Source: an uncultured Methanobacteriaceae archaeon (GTDB lineage: Archaea > Methanobacteriota > Methanobacteria > Methanobacteriales > Methanobacteriaceae). Taken from it: DNA of 64,000 bases. Below, one piece after another: positions 32,309 through 42,771 of this stretch (position 1 is its first letter; the number at the start of each line of letters is the position of its first letter). The translations under genes and the position numbers were made by a program. Under the pieces are notes generated by a model that ran no database searches, was not told where the DNA came from, and saw only the letters and a list, made by a program, of their open reading frames with translations. The DNA lies in contig CAWGSP010000001.1 of NCBI GenBank assembly GCA_963825335.1, positions 282,292-346,291 on the forward strand, in the 5' to 3' direction.

Positions 32309-33448
32309 ATGAAGATACTATTTATAGGAGCCCGTCTATTTGATGATGTTGCCCTCTACACAGCAAAAAATTCTATTACAAGTATTTTAACCGAGTCTAA
32401 CCACCAATCACCCAATTTAGACCTTGCAAATTCTCATTATTTAGTTTCGAGAGGTATGAAAGAGCCTATGAGAATCGCAATTGAAGAGGATGTAGACGGT
32501 GTCGTGCCACTGATAGGTATTGATGGACCCCTTGTTGAAGTGGCTGAGATGAAAGAAAAACTCGAAGAAGATCATGGCATACCAGTAGCAGCATCAGGAA
32601 TTTCTGCAGCCACCATATGTGGTAATAAACAAAAAACAAAGGAATTTTTCGTAAAAAATCGGATAAAAACCCCTGATTTCTTTAAAATAACCCATAATAA
32701 TAATAAAATAAGTCCCACTATAGATCCCAACCAACTACCATTGGTTTTAAAACAATCCCAAGGACAGGGAGGATCCGGGATAAAAATTGCTACAACCCCG
32801 TTAGATATTGAGGAATACTTCGAAAAATTTGATTCAGCCTTCGCCGAGCAATTTATTAAGGGATTTGAAGTTTCTATTGAGATTTTGAGATGGAATGGAG
32901 AATCCGTTCCACTGGTTCCCGTATGCAAGGGTGAAACAACAATCGAAGGGACACATCCGCTGAAAAAAATAAAAAAAGCCCCTTTAAATATTGATAACGT
33001 TGAAAACATTATCAACAATCAAAAAATACGTGAAATTGCCGTTAAAATTGCAGAAACACTAAATTTAGAAGGTTGTGCAGACATAGATATGATATTTGAC
33101 CCTGAAACCGGGCAAAATAATGTTATCGAAATCAACACAAGACCCAGCGGCACGAGATACATAACAGCTGCAGCTACAGGTGTCAATATTCTGCAAGAAC
33201 TGATTAACATGGCATCGGGACAATGGAATGCACAAATGCTAAAGAATAATATAAAAGATTATTCTGCTATTGAAATACCAGTTGGAAGTTATCCCTCAAA
33301 TAAAAATAACTATAAATACAGAGAATTTTCCGAAGCTAACCATTGGATCATCCACGGGCCCAAAAATTACGAACGCATCACCATACGCGGTAACACCAAT
33401 AAAGAAGTTATTAAAACCGCTGAAAAATTAGGTGTTTTGAATAAATAA
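32309..33448 (+). CDS. ATP-grasp enzyme (carbamoyl-phosphate-synthase-like / D-Ala-D-Ala-ligase-like fold) of the pseudomurein cluster
   Basis: ATP-grasp layout (KQKTKEFF..., EQFIKG.E.S.E, IEINTRPSG). Co-oriented with the MraY-like and Mur-like genes. Confidence 0.75.
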   Translation: MKILFIGARLFDDVALYTAKNSITSILTESNHQSPNLDLANSHYLVSRGMKEPMRIAIEEDVDGVVPLIGIDGPLVEVAEMKEKLEEDHGIPVAASGISAATICGNKQKTKEFFVKNRIKTPDFFKITHNNNKISPTIDPNQLPLVLKQSQGQGGSGIKIATTPLDIEEYFEKFDSAFAEQFIKGFEVSIEILRWNGESVPLVPVCKGETTIEGTHPLKKIKKAPLNIDNVENIINNQKIREIAVKIAETLNLEGCADIDMIFDPETGQNNVIEINTRPSGTRYITAAATGVNILQELINMASGQWNAQMLKNNIKDYSAIEIPVGSYPSNKNNYKYREFSEANHWIIHGPKNYERITIRGNTNKEVIKTAEKLGVLNK

Positions 33449-33582
33449 CTATGATATTGATCAAACAAAAAAATTAAATAGAAATGAACAAAAACATTTA
33501 GTAACTACAAATCCTAGATGTAATATCTCATTTACGTTAATCAATAATAATTTTCCAAATAAACAAATTTATAGGTGGTATA

Positions 33583-34656
33583 TTGAGCAATTTTCAAGTA
33601 GAAATTTTCATATTCATACTAACATTCATATCAACTGCCTTTTTCACTTGGTTTGTGATGAAGTGGTTGAAATATGCCGACGTTAAAGACCATCCAATAG
33701 TAACGGAACACAGTCACAAAGCAGGCACACCAACAATGGGTGGACTGGCAATACTAATGGGAGTTCTGCTCATTGCATGTGTTTACTACTCTGATAAAGA
33801 CCTGATTTTAACCGTGATGATCATGTTGACTGCAGGGATAGTTGGTTTGATGGATGATCTGATAGGATTAAAAACCAAGGTAATACAGAAGGTTATTCGA
33901 AATATCAGCCCCAACCCAGTCGAAATTGGCAGATTAACCCTAAAAACCGGCGAGAATGCGAGGGTTACTACACCCAAAGCTAAAAAAGACCTAGAATCTC
34001 TTTTGAAGAATAATCTGGTTGAAATTACCGGTGAGGCACCTATAAAAAGTGAAGTTAAAGAAAATGAAAAAATTCTGGCTCAAATATTAGTTTCGCTATT
34101 TCTGATAGCATCGGGTGCTGTTGGTTCGACTTTACTGGGATTTAATCTTGGAATATTCATTATACCTGTGATAATATTTGGAATAGTCGGTTCTATAAAC
34201 GCTGTAAATCTCATAGACGGAATGGATGGACTTGCAGCAGGAATAATCGCCATAGCTTCCATAGCGTCTGCACTGTTCTCCATCTCGATAGGTAACATCG
34301 GTGGATCACTGGCTTTTCTTGCAATTGGTGGAGTATGCATAGGATTTCTTGTTTGGAATAGGTACCCTGCACGTATATTTATGGGAGATACAGGTTCTTT
34401 CGCACTTGGAGCAGGTTATATTACAGCAGCTTTCTTGGGAAATGTAACACTCTTTGCTGTGATAGCAATAGCCGTTCCAATAATATCTGTTATAGTGAGC
34501 CTTCTTCACAGAGCCCACATAATAAAATTACCAGTGGAACCACTACACCATACCCTCAACTACAGAGGATTATCAGAAAAGAAGATCATCTCGATCTACT
34601 GGGGGATCACGTTAATAGTGTGTGTAGCTGCATTCTACTTATTCCACGCATTTTAA
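33583..34656 (+). CDS. MraY/WecA-family polyprenyl-phosphate sugar-phosphate transferase (glycosyltransferase family 4)
   Basis: Multi-TM protein with MGGL, NLIDGMDGLA and MGDTGS motifs. It carries a hydrophilic insertion of about 70 aa (KTKVIQK...ENEKIL). Confidence 0.85.
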   Translation: MSNFQVEIFIFILTFISTAFFTWFVMKWLKYADVKDHPIVTEHSHKAGTPTMGGLAILMGVLLIACVYYSDKDLILTVMIMLTAGIVGLMDDLIGLKTKVIQKVIRNISPNPVEIGRLTLKTGENARVTTPKAKKDLESLLKNNLVEITGEAPIKSEVKENEKILAQILVSLFLIASGAVGSTLLGFNLGIFIIPVIIFGIVGSINAVNLIDGMDGLAAGIIAIASIASALFSISIGNIGGSLAFLAIGGVCIGFLVWNRYPARIFMGDTGSFALGAGYITAAFLGNVTLFAVIAIAVPIISVIVSLLHRAHIIKLPVEPLHHTLNYRGLSEKKIISIYWGITLIVCVAAFYLFHAF

Positions 34657-34691
34657 GACATTATTTATATTAATAAAAATTTGCAGTAACG

Positions 34692-36170
34692 GTGAAAATC
34701 ATGGAGATCACAACATCCTGTTTGGCCAAAGAGGTTGAAGGAGTATTAATAGGACCCGAAAAACCTATAAAAGGTATTTTTACATTTCTTAACCAGGCTA
34801 AAGCCGGAGATGTTGTGATCAGACACTGGATAGATCCTAAAGGTGTTGAAATAGCTGTAAAAATTGGGATTTCTTGTCTTATTACACAAACACCCAAGGG
34901 TAATGCAACAGAAATAGCCGAAAAACATGATCTTCCAATCATAGTAACCAACAGAATAGAACTTGCCAATGCATTTGCAATTAAATGGGCGGTCAAAACA
35001 TTTGCCGAAAATTCGTTAAGAGTGGTGGTTACAGGCACCAACGGTAAATCCACCACAGCACATATGATCCATAACATAATCGATGCTGCGGGTTACAACA
35101 CATATACAAATACAGATGCTAAATCTGAATTCAACACATTGATCGATCCAGTTATAGCAAAACAAATAGCAGAATTTCAAGATGTGACCGGTGGGAAGAT
35201 CCAAAGCATGGTCATCGAAGTCTCCGAAGTTCAGGGCTGGCTCGATAAAATCATGAAGGACCATGCACAGCTGATGACATCGGCTGTAAACCCACAGATA
35301 ATCGTACTGACAAATGTATCTCTAGATCATATTGGTCTAGTAAACAACATCGAAGAAACATTTAACGAAATTTATGGAAGCGTAAAGGCTGTCCTATCCA
35401 GATCGAATTCTTCTAACAAAGTTCATGTGATCCTTAATTCAGATGATCCGCAATTAATGAAGATGGGAGAATTAATAGGTGAATACAAAAGTATTGAACT
35501 TATGTTCTACGGCACATATTTAAATGAAAATCATGACCCCGATCTCAAACTGGAATCTGATGGGATATATTATCAAGATAAACCATTTCTTAAAGCAGAT
35601 CAACTGCCATTCCAAAGTGTACACTTTCTACAAAATACAATGGCAGCAATAGGGGTAGGCCTTGTTTTAGGAGTTGATCCAGAAATAATAAAGAACACAA
35701 TTTCCTCGTACAAACCACTAGATAGAAGATTCTCAATACTCAGCACAGAACCTCTCATAATCGATGATTTTGCCCATAATCCCGAGGGCATAATCGCCAC
35801 CATAAACAGTGCAGCCAAAACAACCCAAGGAATTTTATACATAGTATATGCTATTAGAGGTTCAAGGGGCGAACCAATCAACCAGTTAAATACCGAAGCT
35901 GTTGTTAAAGGCCTTGAAGGTGTTGATTATATCTTAACAGTAACCAGCAGTGCAGATGTGGTGAATGATGCCAACGAAGTAACCCCCGAAGAAAAAAAAT
36001 TGGTGTTTGAAACACTGCAAAGGTTGGGTTTAAATTATTGTTTCCGCGAGGATTTACACAGTTCCTTGATCGGAATATTGAATTCAGCCGATAAAAATGA
36101 TACAATCCTTTTGATAGGTGCCCAGGGAATGGATCCTGCAAAGGATATTCTAAAGAATTTGTTGAATTAA
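34692..36170 (+). CDS. Mur-ligase-family peptide ligase (MurE/MurF-like domain order)
   Basis: P-loop VTGTNGKSTT, a central domain (NVSLDH) and a C-terminal domain (DDFAHNPEG). The probable start is the ATG at 34701 after GGTGA. Confidence 0.85.
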   Translation: MKIMEITTSCLAKEVEGVLIGPEKPIKGIFTFLNQAKAGDVVIRHWIDPKGVEIAVKIGISCLITQTPKGNATEIAEKHDLPIIVTNRIELANAFAIKWAVKTFAENSLRVVVTGTNGKSTTAHMIHNIIDAAGYNTYTNTDAKSEFNTLIDPVIAKQIAEFQDVTGGKIQSMVIEVSEVQGWLDKIMKDHAQLMTSAVNPQIIVLTNVSLDHIGLVNNIEETFNEIYGSVKAVLSRSNSSNKVHVILNSDDPQLMKMGELIGEYKSIELMFYGTYLNENHDPDLKLESDGIYYQDKPFLKADQLPFQSVHFLQNTMAAIGVGLVLGVDPEIIKNTISSYKPLDRRFSILSTEPLIIDDFAHNPEGIIATINSAAKTTQGILYIVYAIRGSRGEPINQLNTEAVVKGLEGVDYILTVTSSADVVNDANEVTPEEKKLVFETLQRLGLNYCFREDLHSSLIGILNSADKNDTILLIGAQGMDPAKDILKNLLN

Positions 36171-36398
36171 ACTGAAACAATGATTTCGATCTGTAAATAT
36201 TAAACTGAATCAAAATCAACACCTCTTTTTTAAAAAATTTAATTCAAATTTAAATTAAAATGATACAAAACAAGAATAATATCATATCAAAACATTCAAG
36301 TAAAACAACAAATGGGCACATAAATAAATAGAATCGATCATAATAAAGAACCTTTAATCAATGACATAAAAATTTAATAAAAATTTTGAGAAACTATT

Positions 36399-37802
36399 AT
36401 GAAATGCATAGTAATAGGCGCAGGTAACGCAGGACGGCCGGTTGCAAGGATATTAAACCACACTGGAAACAGTGTGAGCATCACGGACCAAAAAACCCTC
36501 GAAGAATTTCCACTTAGTGTGCAAGCTACCCTGAAAATTATGGAAAAAGAAGGTACGGAACTTTTATTGGGTTTAAACTCATTAGATGATTTGAAAAAAT
36601 TCGATAGAGTATATTTATCCCCAACATTACCTGAAAATTCCCAAATCAGGAAAGACATTGAATCGAATAATTTGGATATTATCAGCAACGAAGATGTATC
36701 GTGTGTGATTGATGACCTCCTTAAATTAGATATTATTGGGGTTACAGGAACTCTTGGTAAAACAAGTACCACACACATAGTTTCAGAAATCTTCAAAACT
36801 GCGGGTTACAAGGTTTGGACATGCTCTTCACGGATGGGAAACCTATTAAGCGAAGTTATAGTAGATGGAATTGTCAAAGGACTAAACCAAGTAAATGATA
36901 TAGCCATACTAGAACTTCCACATGGTACATCCAGACTGATATCGAAGGTCAATCTTAAGATCGGAATAATAACAAACATCTATCCAGATCATCTAGACGA
37001 ATTTGACTATTCAATGGAAAAATATATAGCACGGAAAATGTTCATTGCAGAATCAAGCGAGATTCTGATTTCAGGAATGCAGTGTAAGGAACATATCGAA
37101 AAGAAGAGAGATGATGCTGTTTATTACTGTACCCAAGGCGATTGCGATATCATTGGGGAACTAGAAAATGGAATGCTGAGCATTGTATACAATGTACCCT
37201 CGCGGAAAATTAAAGGGATGTTTAAAGCTCCATTCAAATTAAGAGGATATTACTATGAAAATTCTCTCGCAGCAGCAGCAGCAGCATTGGCATATGGATT
37301 AGATGCAAATTCAATTATAAATGGATTAAACAAATTCAAAGGAATTTCAGGCCATATGGAATATATTGGGAATATTAAGGGGAGAGAAGTACATTTTGAT
37401 GCGGCGTTTGTGCCTGCAGGATTAATTAACACACTTGAAAGTTTTGAAAGCCAAGATTTAATAGTCATCATCGACAACCCCGACAGCACCAATCCCCGAG
37501 ACAAGTACGAAGTAGGGAAAGTTGTTGGTAAATATGCTAAGGTCATGATATGCAGTGGATACAATGAAACAACCAAAAAATTAGACATGACCGCTGCTGA
37601 TGAAGTTGTTAAAGGTGCTGAAGACTCAAAAGCGCTTAAAATTCCCGTTGAGAATATGGTTATTGCTGGTGAATTGTCTATAAAACATTCAAATCCTGGC
37701 AACACTATTCTGCATGTTGGGCCTGGAGCAATAACCAACTACGAAGATGTGAAGCATAAAATGATCATTGGTATTGAAAATGGGTGTAAAAAATATGAAT
37801 AA
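36399..37802 (+). CDS. Mur-ligase-family peptide ligase with a MurD-like Rossmann N-terminus
   Basis: [14 protein letters not shown]-terminus, [12 protein letters not shown]-loop, and NIYPDHLD. Confidence 0.85.
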   Translation: MKCIVIGAGNAGRPVARILNHTGNSVSITDQKTLEEFPLSVQATLKIMEKEGTELLLGLNSLDDLKKFDRVYLSPTLPENSQIRKDIESNNLDIISNEDVSCVIDDLLKLDIIGVTGTLGKTSTTHIVSEIFKTAGYKVWTCSSRMGNLLSEVIVDGIVKGLNQVNDIAILELPHGTSRLISKVNLKIGIITNIYPDHLDEFDYSMEKYIARKMFIAESSEILISGMQCKEHIEKKRDDAVYYCTQGDCDIIGELENGMLSIVYNVPSRKIKGMFKAPFKLRGYYYENSLAAAAAALAYGLDANSIINGLNKFKGISGHMEYIGNIKGREVHFDAAFVPAGLINTLESFESQDLIVIIDNPDSTNPRDKYEVGKVVGKYAKVMICSGYNETTKKLDMTAADEVVKGAEDSKALKIPVENMVIAGELSIKHSNPGNTILHVGPGAITNYEDVKHKMIIGIENGCKKYE

Positions 37803-39360
37803 GCTCAGATCAGACATTAACAAACCCCAAACAGAAATTTTAAGGTATGGTACCTACGGTGTGATAGGCATATGCGGTATAGTTGGTAATTTGGTTGCAA
37901 GGATGATCAATGATCATGGATGTGATGTAATTGGCACAGACTCAAAAAGAGAAGAGGAATGCGAATTTAAATATACCCTCGATGATTATGATTTTCCAAT
38001 ATACTTGTCAAGCCATCCTGAATTTTTTTTTGAAGAATCTGACATCATAATCCCGCCACCAAGCCTCAAAGAAAATTCAGATCTTTACAAAAAAATAGTG
38101 TTGAGTGGGAAGAAAATTTTGGGAGTTGAAGATTGTCTGAAACTATTCAAACCAAAAAAACCAGTTGTATGCATAACAGGGACTAACGGTAAAACAACCA
38201 CCACTTCACTTTTAAAACATATATGCCGTGGTGTGGGTTTGAAACCAACCGAACATTCCTTCAAAAATTTACAGGGAAATATAGATTATATACCACCTCT
38301 TCAAGCCAGACTTCGTGGAGATGTAGCTGTTCTTGAAACAGGCACATTTGGAAAAATAGGCGATCTTAAACGGATGATAGAACGCTCTGAGCCAGATTAC
38401 GGTATTTTGACTAATATAACTCCGGATCACCTCAATAATGAACATGACTTCATGAGTTATGCCAGTATAAAGGGAGAATTTGTTAAATATTTCAAAAGTA
38501 AGCCGTTAATAATAAATTCAGACGACCCAACGGTGTTTAGTTTGGTTAATGCCCATGATCATCTGGGTAAGGTTGTAACTTTTGGTGTTGATTCGAAAAC
38601 AACAAATACTGCCGATAAAATTTGTTGGTGTGGGAACAGCATCCTCATCGAAGAAACTATCTCTGGTTCTGGTTATTATGAGTGTGAATGTGGTTTGACA
38701 AGGCCTCAGCCAGATTATTTAGCATTTGAGATAGATGAATCCCATGGAAACTTCAAACTTCAAACACCGAAAGATTGTGTAGACGTGCAAACTAATCTAG
38801 TCGGTCTTCATAATGTTTATAATGTTATTGGTGCAATCGCAGCATCTAAAGAATTCTTCAAAATACCATTAGGACAAGTAATCGATGCAGTTAAAACTTT
38901 TGAAGGTGTGCCTGGGAGAATGGAACATATGTACAATCACGATGGTATAGACATTATCATCGATTATGGACACAATCCTGCAGGTATACAGACAGTTTTA
39001 AGAGAACTTAAAAAAGTTTACGATAACATCGTCGTTGTTATAACGGTATCATCAGAATCTGGTGAGACAGGAGACATCGAAATACTAAAAAATGCCCATA
39101 AAATAGCAGATTTCATAGTTCCTGCATCATATTCATCTAGATTAGCCGTTGAAAATAGTGAATACAAGTTTTCAGATAGGATAATCCTAACAAATAAGTC
39201 ACCAATGAAATTTAAAGAAGGAACATTGGGGGCAACCCCTGAACAGGTCATAGAAGGACTAAAAAAAGGATTAGAATGCGATACTGATGCAGTAATATGT
39301 TTGGGTGAAGCAGCATTTAAATATAAAGAATATATACTCAAATTGAGAGAATGTAAGTAA
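37795..39360 (+). CDS. Mur-ligase-family peptide ligase with a CxC...CxC insertion
   Basis: [12 protein letters not shown]-loop, NITPDHL, and DYGHNPAG. The ATG at 37795 overlaps the upstream stop (ATGAATAA). The ORF track starts 27 nt earlier. Confidence 0.85.
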   Translation: MNKLRSDINKPQTEILRYGTYGVIGICGIVGNLVARMINDHGCDVIGTDSKREEECEFKYTLDDYDFPIYLSSHPEFFFEESDIIIPPPSLKENSDLYKKIVLSGKKILGVEDCLKLFKPKKPVVCITGTNGKTTTTSLLKHICRGVGLKPTEHSFKNLQGNIDYIPPLQARLRGDVAVLETGTFGKIGDLKRMIERSEPDYGILTNITPDHLNNEHDFMSYASIKGEFVKYFKSKPLIINSDDPTVFSLVNAHDHLGKVVTFGVDSKTTNTADKICWCGNSILIEETISGSGYYECECGLTRPQPDYLAFEIDESHGNFKLQTPKDCVDVQTNLVGLHNVYNVIGAIAASKEFFKIPLGQVIDAVKTFEGVPGRMEHMYNHDGIDIIIDYGHNPAGIQTVLRELKKVYDNIVVVITVSSESGETGDIEILKNAHKIADFIVPASYSSRLAVENSEYKFSDRIILTNKSPMKFKEGTLGATPEQVIEGLKKGLECDTDAVICLGEAAFKYKEYILKLRECK

Positions 39361-39493
39361 TGTGATAAAAAATTCAAATTTTATATTACCTAGATCAAGT
39401 ATTAATTAGATCAAGAACAATGATAATAAGATCAAATTATTATTCAACATAAATATTATAAGTGCATAGTTCAATGCACTAAGTGGTGAAAGA

Positions 39494-39934
39494 ATGTTCA
39501 TAAAAATTAGGCGAGATACATTAATCATTTTAATACTGGCATTTATGCTCATCCTATCTGGAAGAGTGATGACCTATATGTCATATGCATCATCTACTAC
39601 TATAGAAGAAGGAGTTCCGATTTCTGGTGTTATGGTAACTGGAAATGATATAATTCCTACAGATTCTATAAGAGCAAGTTTATCTGCTGTAGGATTTCGA
39701 TCTGGAAGTTTTATTAAGGGAGACACACTTGTAACTACTAAACGCATGGTACCCCTGTCGCAAGCGATTGTAAATGCCCAACAGGCAGCTATGCTTACTA
39801 CAATCCCGGGAACACAGATCACACCAATTGTTGCAGCAAATGTCCAAGTTAATCAACAAACTGGATTAGTTACTGTAAACGTTATCGAAGATTTCAACAA
39901 TGTCACAATTTCAGGAGTGAATGGTACGCTATGA
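39494..39934 (+). CDS. membrane-anchored uncharacterised protein
   Basis: The ATG follows GTGGTGA. It has a single N-terminal hydrophobic segment, then a T/V/I-rich, beta-rich sequence. Its stop overlaps the next start (ATGA). Confidence 0.65.
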   Translation: MFIKIRRDTLIILILAFMLILSGRVMTYMSYASSTTIEEGVPISGVMVTGNDIIPTDSIRASLSAVGFRSGSFIKGDTLVTTKRMVPLSQAIVNAQQAAMLTTIPGTQITPIVAANVQVNQQTGLVTVNVIEDFNNVTISGVNGTL

Positions 39935-41202
39935 AAAAACCAAACGTAATGCGGTTGTTGATGTTTTTAATAACCATCACACTGTTTATCAACACAGCAT
40001 CTGCTACAATGAATGTGGTGATAATAACAGACCCTACAGGAAAGGACCCGAATGGAGCAGCAGCTGCTAGTATTTCTTGGGCAGAAAACATGTTCCAGTC
40101 AACATTTATCTATTCAAAGGTAAATCATTTCTGCGTATTATCAGGTGGAGAAGGTAACGAAACAGGAAGACTTGAATCAATAGTGCAAACTCTGAAATTG
40201 CTTGAAAATGGAGCTACTCCAGCTGTTGCTTCTGCAGCTGCAGATTCTTATAGTGGTGAAAGGGTCATGGTGGGCTCACCAACAGAGGGCGCTGCTGTGT
40301 CTGGTTCGTTTACTGCAGATCTGGTAATAGTATCAGATAACGGAACCATAACCATAACTCCAATGTCTACAACTACTGGTGGTACTTTAACACTGCCCGC
40401 CGGAGATAAAGGTGCTTTAATTCACCTGCGAAACACTCCAGGTAACCCACAATACGGAACAGCTGATGCAGTTCGTCTGCAACTTGCTGAAATGATTGGA
40501 GAGATGATCAGGGACGGTTATCCTGCCACCTATATTTTGGGTCAGGTAGTTAAATACGAAGCTATAAATGCTGGTGAAAAACATGGGGGTGGTGCTTTGA
40601 ACCTTGTATCTGGTATCTCAACAGGAGATATGTTCACGCCCGTAGCCCTGAACACTACGGGTTTCCCAATGGATCAACCCTACAGTAAAGTTGCTGAAGA
40701 TGGAGATTGGAGTATTGGTTACCCTGATGCTGAAAACTACCAAGTAAGCCCGATCGATGGTAGCCCTCTGACAACAGTGTATGCATGGCAAGCAATGGAA
40801 AGTGCTATAACCGTGACTAGCAACGTAACAAATGTAGCAGTTTATGGAAGTGTTGCACCGGGTATTGATGAAACAACAGAAGAGATAGTACAGGAATCAG
40901 TCCTAAAACATGGCCTCAGCTCAACATCTATTGCAAAGGATATTAACTCTGCGATAAGCAGTGGATTGATTATTGGAGTTAATTATGTAGAACCAGACAA
41001 TATAAACGTTGTTCCAAATGAAAATGCCGTAGGGGTTTACTTTTCATCACTAACGGACAGTAGATCTGCCCCACCATGGAACATACCGATAAGTTCTTCG
41101 ATTCTATATCTATTAGGAAGTATGCAGACCGCGATAGGATTGATATTAATTATTCTAATCCTTTTCAGAAGTACTTTGATCAAGTCATTCATGAAAAGAT
41201 GA
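39931..41202 (+). CDS. exported uncharacterised protein with an N-terminal signal sequence and a C-terminal TM anchor
   Basis: MKKPNVMRLLMFLITITLFINTASA signal-like N-terminus. The last ~35 aa are hydrophobic, followed by basic residues. No family recognised. Confidence 0.7.
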   Translation: MKKPNVMRLLMFLITITLFINTASATMNVVIITDPTGKDPNGAAAASISWAENMFQSTFIYSKVNHFCVLSGGEGNETGRLESIVQTLKLLENGATPAVASAAADSYSGERVMVGSPTEGAAVSGSFTADLVIVSDNGTITITPMSTTTGGTLTLPAGDKGALIHLRNTPGNPQYGTADAVRLQLAEMIGEMIRDGYPATYILGQVVKYEAINAGEKHGGGALNLVSGISTGDMFTPVALNTTGFPMDQPYSKVAEDGDWSIGYPDAENYQVSPIDGSPLTTVYAWQAMESAITVTSNVTNVAVYGSVAPGIDETTEEIVQESVLKHGLSSTSIAKDINSAISSGLIIGVNYVEPDNINVVPNENAVGVYFSSLTDSRSAPPWNIPISSSILYLLGSMQTAIGLILIILILFRSTLIKSFMKR

Positions 41203-41324
41203 ATAGAACTAATAAATCCGATCGAAATATATTAAAAGGGATTTTATGGTTTTACCATTTAATCCCCTAATTATTTATTTTTAAATGTCCGATAATAAAT
41301 TGTTATACTAAAGGAGTAAAAAAT

Positions 41325-41681
41325 ATGGCTTTAATTTTAATTCGTGCAGAAGATTCTGTAAAACTGTTAAATACCATAGCAGATATCGAGAGGCATGCTG
41401 GACTCAATGTATCTGGAAAACCTAGGTTGATAAGATCAAAAAATGCCGATGAAATTGCGGGTAAAATATTGAAACAAAGTTTACGATCAAAATCTGATAT
41501 TGCAGTTCTTGTTCGCGTTGATGAAAATACAACCAAAAGTATACTGAATATAAGAAAAATACATCCACCCGCACATGTTATAGTAATTAGTGAAGAATAT
41601 AGTGAATTTAAGGATTTAGAAAAGAAATTTCATACATTACCCTACCTGAAAGGTTATTATTCCCATAAAAATAAGGATTAG
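41325..41681 (+). CDS. hypothetical protein
   Basis: 118-aa ORF with AAGGAG 8 nt upstream of the ATG. Confidence 0.55.
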   Translation: MALILIRAEDSVKLLNTIADIERHAGLNVSGKPRLIRSKNADEIAGKILKQSLRSKSDIAVLVRVDENTTKSILNIRKIHPPAHVIVISEEYSEFKDLEKKFHTLPYLKGYYSHKNKD

Positions 41682-41731
41682 TTTTGGTTAAAAAAAATTG
41701 ATTTTAAGATGGTTATAAATATTCCATCTTA

Positions 41732-42208
41732 TCAATTCTTTTTAATTCGTGCAATATCACCAATGGTAGCTCCTTTTGAATTTGAGTGGCCAATTTCCTC
41801 TGCAGTTACATTATCTGTTTTTTCTATTAATATCAAATCCATAATCTTCTCAAGTTTTTTTGCAAGCTTTATATCTGGTATCATTTTACCAGACTCTATT
41901 CTACTGACTACAGATGCCTTTTCATATATCTTTGCTGCGAGTTCTTCACGAGACCATCCCTTTTTCTCCCTTGCTTGCCTAACCAGATCATTCACATTCT
42001 CAACAACCTCTTCTGAAGGTTCTCTTGGTCTTTGAATTCTCCTAGATCCCCTCGAAGCTCTTGGTGCCCCTGATCTTTGGGGCTTTGGGGGTTCTCTTTG
42101 TATTTTACCAAATTTTGAGCATTCTTTACAAGTAATCATGATTGAACCATCTATTTTAGTCTTTATTGGTTCTTCTACTAATTTTTTTCCACATATCTCG
42201 CATCTCAT
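41732..42208 (-). CDS. archaeal multiprotein-bridging factor 1 (zinc ribbon + HTH)
   Basis: N-terminal CEICG...CKEC ribbon, a basic linker, and a C-terminal XRE-type HTH. Confidence 0.85.
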   Translation of the reverse strand: MRCEICGKKLVEEPIKTKIDGSIMITCKECSKFGKIQREPPKPQRSGAPRASRGSRRIQRPREPSEEVVENVNDLVRQAREKKGWSREELAAKIYEKASVVSRIESGKMIPDIKLAKKLEKIMDLILIEKTDNVTAEEIGHSNSKGATIGDIARIKKN

Positions 42209-42771
42209 TGACGATCCCCTTACTCTGTATTCATTATATAATCTCTACCCTCATATTTAAATATTATCAGAGGTTTTTTTTAGAGAAAACTTTTCGAGTT
42301 TTTCATCTAGTTTCATCAAGATAATCGATACACATGACTTTATTTTTCATTTATGTTCAATCAGTTACTAAGTGAACAGTTAATTCTCTAACATGATACA
42401 GAGGGGATTTTTATAATTGTAAAGTTGATGTTCACATATGCTTTTTCTAAACAATAAAATTCAAAATAATCATTAAAACATGATTTATATCGATTACATT
42501 GTTTCTGAAGTTTCTTAAGTGATAATTTTGATTTGTAGCATATTAGATGGTTTTCTTTTGCAAAATTATAAACCATCCATACAGACATTTTAACATCATT
42601 TTATGGTGTTTACCATTTTTATTGTTAAATTAGCCCATTAAATCACGAGGCTTGATCAGCTCTTCTCATACAAAATTTATTTTAGGGTGATCTTATATAA
42701 CAGACAAAATTATAAAAGAAATAACAAGTTAGTAAATCACGCTTAAAAAAAAATTTAGAGAGTCAAATATA

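Noticed and set aside
42388-42588. 66-aa Cys-containing ORF on the minus strand
   Set aside because: It has no ribosome-binding site and no recognisable motif, and it sits in an AT-rich spacer. The support is insufficient.
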